The translations under genes were made by a program, and so were the position numbers. Below the pieces are notes generated by a model, which did no database searches, was not told the DNA's origin, and was given only the letters and a program-made list of their open reading frames with translations. Source: Candidatus Micrarchaeota archaeon (GTDB lineage Archaea; Micrarchaeota; Micrarchaeia; Anstonellales; Bilamarchaeaceae). From it: 51,552 bases of DNA. The stretch's first letter is position 1, and each line of letters opens with the position of its first letter. The stretch is taken from contig JAFGPA010000014.1 of assembly GCA_016926175.1 (NCBI GenBank), positions 1-51,552 of the forward strand. Reading direction: 5' to 3'. Below are positions 35,034 through 45,340 of the stretch, one piece after another.

Positions 35034-35404
35034 GTCCTAATGGATGCTTGGAAATCATTATAAATGATCTTGCCAAAACCATTATGACGTTTTTTAACTA
35101 TAAAAAACACATTATATAGAACAAGAGTGCTTAAATACCTTCCCTTTTTACTATTTTTTACCACAACTCCAAAAACAGTCCTGCTGCATCTGTCTGGCAG
35201 TCCAAACGCGTGTAAATATTTTATGGATGATCATTCCATGTTTTCAGGCAACAAATTGCTGCTTTGGCACGATAACCCTGTTTTTACATGAAGGAATTAT
35301 ACTTTTGCCATGCGCAAACAGGTTTAATAAAAGCATAGACTCATTTTTGACCGCTTTTTAAAACAAAATACAATATTTAATCTTTTACTTCCAAATTCCG
35401 TCGT

Positions 35405-38131
35405 ATGGACACTATTGAATCCAAGTGGATCGCTAAATGGAATGAGGCAAAGGCCTTTGAATCCGATCCTGATCCGAAAAAGGAAAAAAGATACCTGACT
35501 GCAGCGTTTCCTTATCCTAATTCGCCCCAGCACATAGGGCATGCAAGGACCTACACCACTACTGACATCTATGCAAGATATCTAAGGCACAAAGGCTACA
35601 ATGTTCTCTTTCCAATGGCATTCCACGTAACCGGCACGCCAATCCTTGCAATGGCAAAAAGGATCGCGAAAAAAGACAAAGGCGTTCTTGATGTTTTTGA
35701 AAATATCTACAAAATTCCGAGAACAACGGCAGAATCCCTTACAGACCCACGCGATCTTGTCACCTATTTTTCAAGGGAAATCGAGCAGGGGATGCGGGAA
35801 ATGGGATTCTCAATCGACTGGAGAAGGAAATTCTACACTTACGATCCGAAGTTCAACAAATTCATACAATGGCAGTTCAGAAAGCTCAAGGATCTTGGCT
35901 ATCTTGTAAAAGGCAAATATCCGATTGCCTGGTGTGCTGCTGACAGCAATGCACTGTCCGCACATGATACAAAAGGCGATGTTGATCCTGAGCTGGAGGA
36001 GGTTACTGTGATCAAGTTCCCGGTTTCCGGGCCTTTGGTTAAAGGAAATGCCTTTCTTGTTGTAACGACCTACAGGCCGGAAACACTTTACGGAGTTACC
36101 AATCTCTGGGTAAATCCGAAGACCGAGCACGTCCTGGCAGAATATCAAGGCGAAAAAATAATCCTGACAAAAAATGCATTTGAGATTTTGAAACTGCAGC
36201 TTGGCCTTGAAAAAGCCGAAGGGATTGACACAAAAAAAATCTTTGAAATGAAGCCTTTCCATCCTATAACCGGCGAAGAAGTGCCGATATTCGAGGCATC
36301 ATTTGTTTCTCCGGATATCGGAACAGGAATCGTCATGAGCGTTCCGGCCCATGCGCCGCTTGATTATCTTGCTCTCAGGGACCTGGGCAAATCTGATATG
36401 AACATGCCCCAGGTTATTGAACTGAAAGGCTATGGCAAAGCTCCTGCAAAGGATGCAGTGGAAAAATTCAAGGTGAAAAACCAGGATGACCCCGAGTCCG
36501 AAAAAGCCACCAAGGAGATCTACACCCGGGAAAACCATGAAGGCATCATGGCGGTAAGCAAGTACAAGGGCATGAAGGTTTCTGAAGCAAAACTAAAAGT
36601 GGCTGAAGACCTTAAATCAGAAAACAAGGCATTCCAGATTGTTACAATCGCAAACGGGCCTGTATTCTGCAGGTGCGGAAATCCTGCAACAGTAAATATT
36701 CTTGATGACCAGTGGTTTATTGATTATGGAATTCCGGAATGGAAGGACAATGCAAAGAAATGCCTGCAGCAGATGAACTGCATTCCTGCCAAATCAAGAT
36801 CTGAATTCGAATATACCATTGACTGGCTGAAAACGAGGCCGACTACACGCTCATCCGGTTTAGGCACGCCATTCCCTTTTGATGAATCCAAGATGATCGA
36901 AGCTTTGTCGGATTCCACATTATATATGGCATACTATGCCATTGCGCATCTGCTTGAAGATGTTGATGCTTCTGAAATGGATGAAAAATTCTTTGACTAT
37001 GTCTTCCTTGGCAGGGGAACCGGAAACCGGAAACTGGAAACTCTCAGAAACAGCTTTCTCTACTGGTATCCTGTTGATTCAAGGCACTCTGCAGGAGACC
37101 TTGTAAGAAACCACCTGACTCTGTACATATTCAATCATGTTGGAATTTTAGAAGAAAAATTCTGGCCAAGGCAGATTGTCACCAACGGCTTTGTCACTAT
37201 GGAAGGGTCCAAGATGAGCAAATCCATGGGAAATATCCTGCCCCTGAGGCATGCAATCAGGGAATATGGTGCAGACATCATCCGGTTTTCAGTTGTATGC
37301 GGAGCAGATCTTGTGAGCGATTCTGATTTCAACAAAAGCGTTGCTGACGGTGTGAAATCCAGAATGGCCCTGATTGAAAAGCTTATAAGTGAAACAAAAG
37401 GGCCAAAGCCGCCGGCAAGAATAGACAAGTGGCTTCATTCCAGGCTCAACAGGAAGATTGAGCGGGCCCGGCAGCTATACGAGGAAGTGGCCATAAGGCA
37501 TCTTGCACTGGAGATATTTTACGATGTTGTTGCAGACCTTCAATGGTATCTGAAAAGGACAGATAACCCAAATCTTTATGAATTTTTTGAAAAATGGGTA
37601 GTGCTGATTTCACCATTCATGCCTCACTATTCGGAAGAATACTGGGAAAGACTGGGCCGCGATCCTTTTGTTTCATTTCAGCCAATGCCAGAAGCCGACA
37701 AATCCAGAATTGACGATTCAATTGAACTTGGAGAGGAACTCATAAGGAAAGTGCATGAGGACATTGAAAAAATATCAGGGATAATCGGAAAAAAACCCCA
37801 AAAAGTGCAGATATTTGTCGCTGCTCCATGGAAAAGAGAGCTTTACAATATTGCCAAACAGGAAAAAAAATTCGAGATTGTTATGAAAAATGCGGCGGCA
37901 AAAGGAATGCCCATGAAAGAAGTTCAGGCAGTAGCCAAACAATTCATGAAAAATGTCCATTCTTTGCCTGAAATAATTTCTTCCGGAGATGAAATGGATG
38001 CATTGCAGGATGCACTGAAGTTCCTGTCAGCAGAGTATTCATGCGAAGTTACGGTGGCCCAGGAGGAAAAAGGAGAACACCCGAAAGCAAAGGCAGCACT
38101 GCCGGGAAAGCCATCTATTGTTCTGGAATAA
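35405..38131 (+). CDS. leuS: Leucyl-tRNA synthetase, archaeal type
   Basis: FPYPNSPQHIGHARTY (HIGH), AFHVTGTPI, editing-domain region, KMSKSMGN. 908 aa. Confidence 0.92.
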   Translation: MDTIESKWIAKWNEAKAFESDPDPKKEKRYLTAAFPYPNSPQHIGHARTYTTTDIYARYLRHKGYNVLFPMAFHVTGTPILAMAKRIAKKDKGVLDVFENIYKIPRTTAESLTDPRDLVTYFSREIEQGMREMGFSIDWRRKFYTYDPKFNKFIQWQFRKLKDLGYLVKGKYPIAWCAADSNALSAHDTKGDVDPELEEVTVIKFPVSGPLVKGNAFLVVTTYRPETLYGVTNLWVNPKTEHVLAEYQGEKIILTKNAFEILKLQLGLEKAEGIDTKKIFEMKPFHPITGEEVPIFEASFVSPDIGTGIVMSVPAHAPLDYLALRDLGKSDMNMPQVIELKGYGKAPAKDAVEKFKVKNQDDPESEKATKEIYTRENHEGIMAVSKYKGMKVSEAKLKVAEDLKSENKAFQIVTIANGPVFCRCGNPATVNILDDQWFIDYGIPEWKDNAKKCLQQMNCIPAKSRSEFEYTIDWLKTRPTTRSSGLGTPFPFDESKMIEALSDSTLYMAYYAIAHLLEDVDASEMDEKFFDYVFLGRGTGNRKLETLRNSFLYWYPVDSRHSAGDLVRNHLTLYIFNHVGILEEKFWPRQIVTNGFVTMEGSKMSKSMGNILPLRHAIREYGADIIRFSVVCGADLVSDSDFNKSVADGVKSRMALIEKLISETKGPKPPARIDKWLHSRLNRKIERARQLYEEVAIRHLALEIFYDVVADLQWYLKRTDNPNLYEFFEKWVVLISPFMPHYSEEYWERLGRDPFVSFQPMPEADKSRIDDSIELGEELIRKVHEDIEKISGIIGKKPQKVQIFVAAPWKRELYNIAKQEKKFEIVMKNAAAKGMPMKEVQAVAKQFMKNVHSLPEIISSGDEMDALQDALKFLSAEYSCEVTVAQEEKGEHPKAKAALPGKPSIVLE

Positions 38132-38187
38132 TTTACAAATAGCCATTTACTAAAACATTTATAAAAACAACCGGTGATTATACTATC

Positions 38188-38901
38188 ATGAGAAACAAAA
38201 ACCCTGAGAAAGGATTTGTTATTTATAGGGGCTGCAGTGCGTCCCAGTTTCATCTTGCGAAAAAAGCAATGCCCCACCACGATCTGTTCCAGGAAGAAGT
38301 TGCAAAGCAGGCTGCAGAAAAATTTGACGGCAAGTCTGTTGTTGTTGAACTTGGGGTCGGCACAGGCGAGACCACCCAAGCTCTTATGAGAATCTGCAAT
38401 ATGCGGAAAATAGGCGCTCTTTATCTTGTGGAGCGGGAGATTGATTTATTGCGTCAAATCCCGGCTGAACAATACAAGAAACATTGCAATGCCACTGTAA
38501 TGCATTTCCGCAATTTTATTGATTCTCTTGATTCTCTTAATCCGGATGTTGTATATTCTGCGCTTACAATCCACAACATGCGGCATGAAGATCAGATTGC
38601 ATTATTCAGAAAAATCCATGAAAAGCTGGCAAAAGGCGGAAGATTTGTTGACGGCGATGTAGTTTCCCATGAAGATCCCCGGAAGCAAGAAGCAGTCTTT
38701 GAAGCTCAAATGGATAGATTCAGGGAGCATCTGCCTGCAAAACTCGCCCAGCAGTGGATTGCCCATTACAGGAAGGATCGTGATGAAATAGGCCATGTTA
38801 CCGTCTCTGAACTGAGACGTAAACTTTCGGAAACCGGCTTCTCAACCCGGGTTACTTTCAGGGAAGGGCTGGAAGCAGTGCTGGTTGCAGACAAGGTCTG
38901 A
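38188..38901 (+). CDS. Class I SAM-dependent methyltransferase
   Basis: VVELGVGTGETT (motif I) and LAKGGRFVDGD. Substrate not assignable. Confidence 0.7.
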   Translation: MRNKNPEKGFVIYRGCSASQFHLAKKAMPHHDLFQEEVAKQAAEKFDGKSVVVELGVGTGETTQALMRICNMRKIGALYLVEREIDLLRQIPAEQYKKHCNATVMHFRNFIDSLDSLNPDVVYSALTIHNMRHEDQIALFRKIHEKLAKGGRFVDGDVVSHEDPRKQEAVFEAQMDRFREHLPAKLAQQWIAHYRKDRDEIGHVTVSELRRKLSETGFSTRVTFREGLEAVLVADKV

Positions 38902-38932
38902 GTTTTAAGGCTTTGGGCTAATAGTTCTTTTT

Positions 38933-39910
38933 ATGCGTTTTCTCAAAATTTTGAAAAACCAGGGAGAGCAGGTGCGGCAGGAGCTTATTGCCAGCAACCT
39001 CCTTTCCAATGACTATCCTATAATAGCAGAAGGCCAGTTTATCCTGATTCCTGTCAAATCCCATTACAAGGATTATGCTGTTGTTGAAATGGACGCAGAA
39101 AAAAGGCCTCCGCAGTATGCAACCCTGAAGGAATCCCTGAAAGATATTCTTACTGAGGAACAACTGAATGATCTTGTCACATCATTTGACATTATCGGTG
39201 ATATTGCAATTGTTGAAATCCCCGAATCGCTGAAATCAGAGGAAAACCAGATAGGTAAAGCATTGCTGAAAGTTCACAAAAATGTGAACTGTGTTTTCAA
39301 GAAGCTGAGTGCAATGGAAGGAGAATACAGGATAAGGAAACTTAGCCATATCGCAGGTGAAAACAGGACAGAAACCACATACAGGGAACACGGCATTGAT
39401 ATGAAGCTTGATGTTTCAAAGGCCTATTTCTCGGTCAGATTGTCCCATGAGAGGGGCAGAATAGCAGACCTCGTCAAGCCCAGGGAAAAAATCCTTGTTC
39501 TTTTTGCAGGTGTCGGTCCATTTGCCCTGGTTATTGCAAAGAAGCATCCCGACTGCCGGATCACGGCAGTTGAGCTAAATCCTGAAGCTGTCAGGTACAT
39601 GAAAGAAAATATTGCGCTGAACAGATTCAATATTGAAGCAATAGAGGGCGATGCAAAACAATTCGCCGGAACCGGCTATGACAGGATAATCATGCCATTG
39701 CCCCATTCAGCCCACGAATTCCTTGATGTTGCAATAAAAGCGGCCAAGCCCAGAGCCACAATTCACTATTATGCCATTGTAGGGAGCGAAGATCCCGTCG
39801 AGAATGCGATGCAAAAAATTCCTCCGGGCCTGAAACTTGTTTCTTCAAAAATAGCAAGGCCTTATTCTGCAGATCTTGTGCAGGTGGTTCTAGATATGAT
39901 AAAATCCTAA
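38933..39910 (+). CDS. Trm5/Taw2 (Met-10+) family tRNA methyltransferase/aminocarboxypropyltransferase
   Basis: FDIIGDIAIVE, ILVLFAGVGPFALVIAKK, VELNPEAVRYMKENIALN, RIIMPLPHSAHEFL. Confidence 0.72.
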   Translation: MRFLKILKNQGEQVRQELIASNLLSNDYPIIAEGQFILIPVKSHYKDYAVVEMDAEKRPPQYATLKESLKDILTEEQLNDLVTSFDIIGDIAIVEIPESLKSEENQIGKALLKVHKNVNCVFKKLSAMEGEYRIRKLSHIAGENRTETTYREHGIDMKLDVSKAYFSVRLSHERGRIADLVKPREKILVLFAGVGPFALVIAKKHPDCRITAVELNPEAVRYMKENIALNRFNIEAIEGDAKQFAGTGYDRIIMPLPHSAHEFLDVAIKAAKPRATIHYYAIVGSEDPVENAMQKIPPGLKLVSSKIARPYSADLVQVVLDMIKS

Positions 39911-40732
39911 CAGGAATCCTGCCAAAAGGAATACTACCATCCCAAATACAATGGGCGGCAGTGCCGGCAGAACCATCTTCTTGTTCCAGACAAAATGAAG
40001 GAATATTGAAAATGAAACCACGGCTCCAATAAAGACAAACACGGTGGCCACCGGGCTGAATGTCATTGCAGAAACTTCCAGCATTACCGGAGCAATCATG
40101 TCGCCCGTTCCAAGATCGATCCTTTTTTTCTCTCCTGGCTTTGCTGTCGGAACCTTGGCAGTTACTGTGAACGCAAGGTTTTTCCTGACAACAAAATTGG
40201 CCATTTCCACCATGTGCTTTGTCTTGAACACTGCAAGGTAATCATATATCGAAAGGAAAACAAGGAATATTATGAGCGGCACCAGGCCAAGGGAAATCCC
40301 GAAAATAACTCCCGCGCCGGCAGTTGCGAATATTGCAGCTGCATTCTTGAATCCCGGCTTTATCAGCTTGAGAGACGATAATGCAAGGCCCATGATTATT
40401 GCCCCCAGGGTGCTCAGCTCCATGCCAAGAAACAGCCTGATGAACGCATAGAAAACAATGGATCCTGCAGTTGCCACGAGCGCAAATTCCATTAAAACAA
40501 AAACAAGCTCGTAATGCCTGAGCAGCCTTATCATCAATATCATGGCCGCTGCTCCCATAAGTATGTATACAATGAAAAACAGTGCATTTGCAGGTTCGTT
40601 AGCGTCTGTTGTAACTATCAGCTCCTGCACATATGGATTATGATCCATGTCCAGCAGTATTGTTACCCCAGTAAAAATACCCAAAAGCTGAGCAACTATG
40701 AACAACGCAATCATTGTAAGGATAAGCCTCAT
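39890..40732 (-). CDS. Presenilin/signal-peptide-peptidase-like intramembrane aspartyl protease (A22 family, archaeal PSH type)
   Basis: YD (SIYDYLAVF), GxGD (LGTGDMIAP) and PAL (VLPALPPI) motifs in a polytopic protein of about 9 TM. ATGA overlap with the mcm stop. Confidence 0.85.
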   Translation of the reverse strand: MRLILTMIALFIVAQLLGIFTGVTILLDMDHNPYVQELIVTTDANEPANALFFIVYILMGAAAMILMIRLLRHYELVFVLMEFALVATAGSIVFYAFIRLFLGMELSTLGAIIMGLALSSLKLIKPGFKNAAAIFATAGAGVIFGISLGLVPLIIFLVFLSIYDYLAVFKTKHMVEMANFVVRKNLAFTVTAKVPTAKPGEKKRIDLGTGDMIAPVMLEVSAMTFSPVATVFVFIGAVVSFSIFLHFVWNKKMVLPALPPIVFGMVVFLLAGFLLGFYHI

Positions 40733-42762
40733 TCGCCCACAATCCTCACATGGCCGTATTCCTTTTCGTAGATTACGCCTTTCCTGAGCATTTCACTGAT
40801 TATCTTTTTTGCAGTTGCATCGTCTATCCCGTAGGATTTGGCATCTGAAATAACTTCTTCCACGTCTGCAGTGTCATTCTTTCTCAGGTGCTCCCTGATG
40901 ATCTCCAGTATTGTGTCCGCCCTCTGCAGTTTTTCCCTGTCTGATTTTGACCTTCCTGTTGCTACAACATCAACATCAAACGCCCCGGTTTCCTTGTCAG
41001 TCATGATCTGGGACATGACATAGTTAAACAGTGCAATTGCAATATCAGCATCTTCCCCGTCTACATCACTGCTTAATCTCAGCTTCGCATGAGCCTCTGC
41101 CAGCCTGACAAGCCCTTCAAGATATCTTGGAGTGATTGCAACTGATCCAACATCCCTGCTTTTTCTTCTCAGGTCAACATAAAATTCCTTTATTTTATCA
41201 GATGCTTCCATGGATAATTTTGGAAACACGGATCTTCTTGCATATGATATGTATTTTCTCAGTAGCTCCTTTCCGAATATGTCTGTCTCTTCTTCGGCTT
41301 CATTTCGGTGTGTTGCCAGAATATGCGATGCCAGCTTGGCATCCTTCTCTTCATCAAGCACATCTACAATTGGGAATATCAGGTCAAATCTTGAAAGCAA
41401 TGTTGGCGGAACATCGAACTGATCTCCAAGATTTTTTGTCTGGTCAAATCTTCCGTATTTTGGGTTTGCTGCCGCCAGAATTGCAGTTTTTGTCCTGAAC
41501 TTGGCAACAATGCCTGCCTTTGCCACTGATATGGTCTGCGTTTCCATTGCCTCGTGCAGAGATGCCCGGTCCTCCTCATCTATCTTGTCAAATTCATCAA
41601 CCTGTGCAGAACCGCCGCTTGCAAGAACGAGGGCTCCTGCCTTCAGTGTCCAGCCGCCATCCCCCAGCTCATCCCTTTCTGCGGCAACAGTAAGCCCGGC
41701 ACCCGATACGCTTTTGCCGCTTACATAAATGCTTTTTGGGGCAATTTCGCTCACGCTCTGCAAAAATCTTGATTTTGCAATACCCGGGTCGCCTATAAGC
41801 AGAATATGAACATCATCCCTGATCGGAGCCCCGCCCTTCATTTCTTTTCCCCTGGTTCCACCGAACAGCTGCAGGGCAATCGCCTTCTTGACCTCAGTGT
41901 GGCCATAGATTGAAGGGGCTATTGACCTTATTACAATGTCAGTTATGTTGGGATCCTTTGAAAGTTCCAGAATCTGCTGTTCATCCTCTTTTGTTATTTC
42001 AATTTCTTCAAAGTCCCTTCTGAGGCTTGTGACGGAATTGACTTCAATATACCTGCTGAATATAAACTCCTGCTTCTGCCTCATTTTCATGGGCGGCTTA
42101 AGCCTCAGAATCCCAGTTATCGTAATGTTGTCTCCCGGAGCAACTTTGTTTACAAGATCGTCCTCGAGAAGGAGTTCAATATGCGCTGCGGGGGCCCCTC
42201 CCTTTACTCTTTCAAGCAGTTCCTGCACTTCCGCCCTCTGGATATCCAGGTATGTCCCTTCATCCTCCATTATCTTAAGGGAGATCTTTCCGCAACTGCC
42301 GCATTTTTTTGGCTGGGTGAAATTTTTACTTACAAAGTACTTGCTTACATTGTCGCAAAGGTCGCACTTGTATACTGCCACCTTCACCCGGTGCATTATT
42401 TCCGCCCTTTTCGTCACGACGCATTTAAATGAAACGAATTCATTGATATTTCTGGATCCGATATTCTGGATCATTTCCTCTGCAGGAAGATTCTCAAATC
42501 TTATATTGGGCTCAAACCTGGCGCCTACAGGCACTTTGAAATCAAGCTGTAAAATTGCTTCCTTTGCAGCTTCTATGACAATGTCCGGCTCCTTTATGAG
42601 AGCATCTGCAAGCTCAGGATCAAGCTTCTCAAGGGAGGCATAGTCTATGTAAAGGCTTTTCTGTCCCGGATACCTGTTCAGGAGATCGTAGATCTTTTGC
42701 CTGTAAGTGGTGTTGAAGAATTCCTGGAATTTAGTTATCTGAGCTGAAAGATCCACCTCCAT
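40729..42762 (-). CDS. mcm: MCM replicative helicase
   Basis: C4 zinc motif CDLCDN...CGSCGK, Walker A LLIGDPGIAKS, Walker B VDEFDKI, arginine finger SRFDLIF, C-terminal wH. 677 aa, no intein. Confidence 0.95.
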   Translation of the reverse strand: MEVDLSAQITKFQEFFNTTYRQKIYDLLNRYPGQKSLYIDYASLEKLDPELADALIKEPDIVIEAAKEAILQLDFKVPVGARFEPNIRFENLPAEEMIQNIGSRNINEFVSFKCVVTKRAEIMHRVKVAVYKCDLCDNVSKYFVSKNFTQPKKCGSCGKISLKIMEDEGTYLDIQRAEVQELLERVKGGAPAAHIELLLEDDLVNKVAPGDNITITGILRLKPPMKMRQKQEFIFSRYIEVNSVTSLRRDFEEIEITKEDEQQILELSKDPNITDIVIRSIAPSIYGHTEVKKAIALQLFGGTRGKEMKGGAPIRDDVHILLIGDPGIAKSRFLQSVSEIAPKSIYVSGKSVSGAGLTVAAERDELGDGGWTLKAGALVLASGGSAQVDEFDKIDEEDRASLHEAMETQTISVAKAGIVAKFRTKTAILAAANPKYGRFDQTKNLGDQFDVPPTLLSRFDLIFPIVDVLDEEKDAKLASHILATHRNEAEEETDIFGKELLRKYISYARRSVFPKLSMEASDKIKEFYVDLRRKSRDVGSVAITPRYLEGLVRLAEAHAKLRLSSDVDGEDADIAIALFNYVMSQIMTDKETGAFDVDVVATGRSKSDREKLQRADTILEIIREHLRKNDTADVEEVISDAKSYGIDDATAKKIISEMLRKGVIYEKEYGHVRIVGE

Positions 42763-42827
42763 AATAGCACCTCAAAAATAGTGGAAGTTTAATATGCAGC
42801 GACCCATTAATAAAGCTAATTCCGCAC

Positions 42828-42842
42828 AAAAATTAAAAAAAA
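42828..42842 (-). terminator. Oligo-T tract (T8-AA-T5 on the minus strand) just downstream of the pilin gene
   Basis: Plus strand reads aaaaattaaaaaaaa, 9-23 nt beyond the pilin stop. Archaeal terminators are typically oligo-T runs. Confidence 0.35.
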
Positions 42843-42850
42843 GCAACAGG

Positions 42851-43399
42851 CTAATTTGCCTGCGTATTGCCTATCAAAGTTGCAATTGCAATTCTTTCAG
42901 GAGCACCCGGCACTTCATCCGAAAACTTATACTTTATTGCAAGCGCTCCCTTGAAATTGGAGCCTGCAGCAAGCATTACCGGGTTTCCGGCACCATCAAC
43001 GCATATTACTTCCTGCGCTATCTCTGCCCCTGTTGCACCTATGCTGATGCTGGATCCTGAAGGCATGGGCTTGTTTATCATCAGTCCATTGTCAAAATCC
43101 TCTCTTCTTATGTCTCCCGTTGCCTCAGATGAGCAGAGCACTCCGGTTATTATTACGGATTTGCCCTGCTGGTTGTCAAGCTGGAATATCAGTTTTACCT
43201 GGTTATTTTGATCAGAAACAAGCACGTGATTTTTGGTACTGCATCCGAATCCCGGCTGGTTAAACTGACATGTTTCAGGTGCCTGCAATGAAGGCAAAAC
43301 AACTGCAACGAGTATTGCGAGCACTATGAGTATTACAAACAGTGCAAGACCATATGTGATGAGGTATTCCATCACCGCCTGTCCTTTTTTGTGGTTCAT
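42851..43399 (-). CDS. Type IV pilin-like protein (class III signal peptide, Glu at +5); likely structural pilin of the adjacent assembly locus
   Basis: MNHKKG|QAVMEYLITYGLALFVILIVLAILVAVV, then a beta-rich ectodomain of about 140 aa. Last gene of the minus-strand operon. Confidence 0.75.
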   Translation of the reverse strand: MNHKKGQAVMEYLITYGLALFVILIVLAILVAVVLPSLQAPETCQFNQPGFGCSTKNHVLVSDQNNQVKLIFQLDNQQGKSVIITGVLCSSEATGDIRREDFDNGLMINKPMPSGSSISIGATGAEIAQEVICVDGAGNPVMLAAGSNFKGALAIKYKFSDEVPGAPERIAIATLIGNTQAN

Positions 43400-43410
43400 A
43401 TTTCAACACC

Positions 43411-44454
43411 TTATGCTATTGCGCTAAAAAACGCATCTACAATGCTGGTTACAAAGAAGTAAACAACATATGATAATATTAATACAAACGGGAAGTATTT
43501 CATTCCCTGGCCCTTTGAGCCGGTTCTGATGGCACTGACTATGAATGATGATATAAGTGCCGTAACAAATATCGTTGGAATTGAAAACCAGAAGAAATCA
43601 GAAGAGCTTATCACAGGCGCACCTGCAAATCCTCCGAATGATGAGAACGGGGTTCCGCCAAGCCCGGATGTTTCAGGTATGATGTTCTCAAAAACCTGTA
43701 TAAGTTTGGCAGCTACTGCAAAAAGGAACGGGGTTCCGGCAATGGCAGCGAACAAAACAAAAATCTCATAAAGGACAAGCGATGCCGCTATCTCCTTTTT
43801 CATAATTATGGTATTCCTGACGTCATCAGAAGTCCTTTCAAGGACATCAGTCAGCTCGCCTCCAGTTGCAGAAGCCTGCTTGAGAAGCATTATTGTTCTT
43901 TTGAAAACCCTTGAATCAAACCGCATGGCAAGCTTGTCCAGCGTATGCTCAAGCGTTTCGCCGCTGAAAGAGCTTTTCACTATTGCCTTTACTTCATCGG
44001 AAAGCACGCCGAATTCAGGCTTTGCAGAATACCACATGGCCTGGTCAAGCGCCATTCCTGCCTTGATATTTGATGCGACCAGCGTGAGGAAATCCGGCAA
44101 TGCAGTTTCAAGCTTGTTTCTTCTGTTTTCTGCATTCATCAGCAGATATGTGGACAGCAGCGCCATTGTTGACAGGTAAACAAATACAAATGAGAATGCC
44201 AGTGCAGCGGCCGCAAACACCGGAAACGGCAGTTCAAATGAAATTATTTCTGTGACTGCATTATATACGGGCGGATAGAAAAGTATCAGCAAAGTGAGAA
44301 AAACTGTTGCAACTATAGCATTCAGCGCTACATAGCCTGCAAATGAGTCTGCAGGCATGTTAATCCCTGCTATGTTGATTTCTTTTTCAAGGTTCTTGAT
44401 CCGGGTTCTTGTAAAGAAAAGCCTTCCAGCGCTTTCAAACATTGTATCTGTCAT
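43411..44454 (-). CDS. Type IV filament platform protein, single T2SSF domain (TadC/FlaJ-like)
   Basis: LPDFLTLVASNIKAGMALDQAM...LDKLAMRF...LLKQASATGGELTDVLERTSDDVR, flanked by TM helices. Confidence 0.78.
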   Translation of the reverse strand: MTDTMFESAGRLFFTRTRIKNLEKEINIAGINMPADSFAGYVALNAIVATVFLTLLILFYPPVYNAVTEIISFELPFPVFAAAALAFSFVFVYLSTMALLSTYLLMNAENRRNKLETALPDFLTLVASNIKAGMALDQAMWYSAKPEFGVLSDEVKAIVKSSFSGETLEHTLDKLAMRFDSRVFKRTIMLLKQASATGGELTDVLERTSDDVRNTIIMKKEIAASLVLYEIFVLFAAIAGTPFLFAVAAKLIQVFENIIPETSGLGGTPFSSFGGFAGAPVISSSDFFWFSIPTIFVTALISSFIVSAIRTGSKGQGMKYFPFVLILSYVVYFFVTSIVDAFFSAIA

Positions 44455-44463
44455 TTTTACACC

Positions 44464-45339
44464 TCAGATAAGATATTTCGGCCTGGAGCTTTCTATGAAG
44501 CCCAAAAACAGGAACTGTATGAGTGCGATCATCACGAATACTACAAGCAGCAGACCGGAAGAAAATCCGAAGCTTCCTCCGCTTATGGCTGCTACTATCA
44601 CTGTTGCAAGGACTACTCCCAGAGACGGAACTATTATTCCGAATACCATGTAGAACATTACTATCGGAGTGAGCTTGTGGCTGTATTCCTTGAGGGAAAT
44701 AAGCTGCTCTTTTGAAATCTGGTCAAGGACACTTTCAAGTGAGTCGCCTATATCAGCTCCGCTTGAAAGGGCATTGGATATCTGCATCAGCATTCTTGTG
44801 AAATATTTTGACGGGTTATACTGTACTACCTCTCTTATGGCCTGGGTTGTCGGGACACCAAGAACGATCCTGTCCACTATCTTTGCAAATTCCCTGCTTA
44901 CAGAGCCATAGCCTGCTGATGTGCCGACAAATGTGTCAAACAGGGGCATGCCGGATTTAAGTGCAATGACGATGTGCCTTCCTGCAAATACTATCTCATA
45001 GTCAAGCTCCTTTTCCCTTCTGATGCGGGCTGCTTCCGGATATAGCATCAGGTATGAGAAAATCAGCAATGGAATTCCTGCGAGAGGCACTATGAGCATG
45101 AGCAGGAACATCACAATGTCAGATGCAAGATTTCCAGCCATAGCATCAAAGAGCATTATGTATGTTAATGTTATCAGGCCTGCAGATATTAGAACCGTTG
45201 ATGAAACAACCTTTTCAAGGAATTCAACCGGGGCCTGGGGCATCTCAGCAAGCTTCAGTTTCTTCTTAAGCTCGGAATCTCGCGATGCCAGCACTTCGGC
45301 AACTGAAGTGAAAATTCCTTTTGGTCTTTTTTCGTTCAT
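44464..45339 (-). CDS. Type IV filament platform protein, single T2SSF domain (TadB-like)
   Basis: HIVIALKSGMPLFDTF...EFAKIVDRIVLGVPTTQAI...ISNALSSGADIGDSLESVLDQISKEQ with N- and C-terminal TM helices. Confidence 0.78.
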   Translation of the reverse strand: MNEKRPKGIFTSVAEVLASRDSELKKKLKLAEMPQAPVEFLEKVVSSTVLISAGLITLTYIMLFDAMAGNLASDIVMFLLMLIVPLAGIPLLIFSYLMLYPEAARIRREKELDYEIVFAGRHIVIALKSGMPLFDTFVGTSAGYGSVSREFAKIVDRIVLGVPTTQAIREVVQYNPSKYFTRMLMQISNALSSGADIGDSLESVLDQISKEQLISLKEYSHKLTPIVMFYMVFGIIVPSLGVVLATVIVAAISGGSFGFSSGLLLVVFVMIALIQFLFLGFIESSRPKYLI

Positions 45340-45340
45340 G

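Noticed and set aside
35034-35404. Replication origin in the long A+T-rich spacer
   Set aside because: There are no repeated ORB-like elements and no adjacent orc1/cdc6 gene. mcm is 5 kb away and is not normally origin-linked.
39890-40732. Possibility that this polytopic GxGD protein is the missing prepilin (A24) peptidase for the pilin genes
   Set aside because: The combination of YD, GxGD and a C-terminal PAL motif with about 9 TM helices fits presenilin/SPP (A22) rather than the PibD/FlaK/EppA architecture. The prepilin peptidase is probably encoded elsewhere.
41936-42643. 235-aa plus-strand ORF
   Set aside because: Antisense shadow ORF within mcm, Ser-rich.
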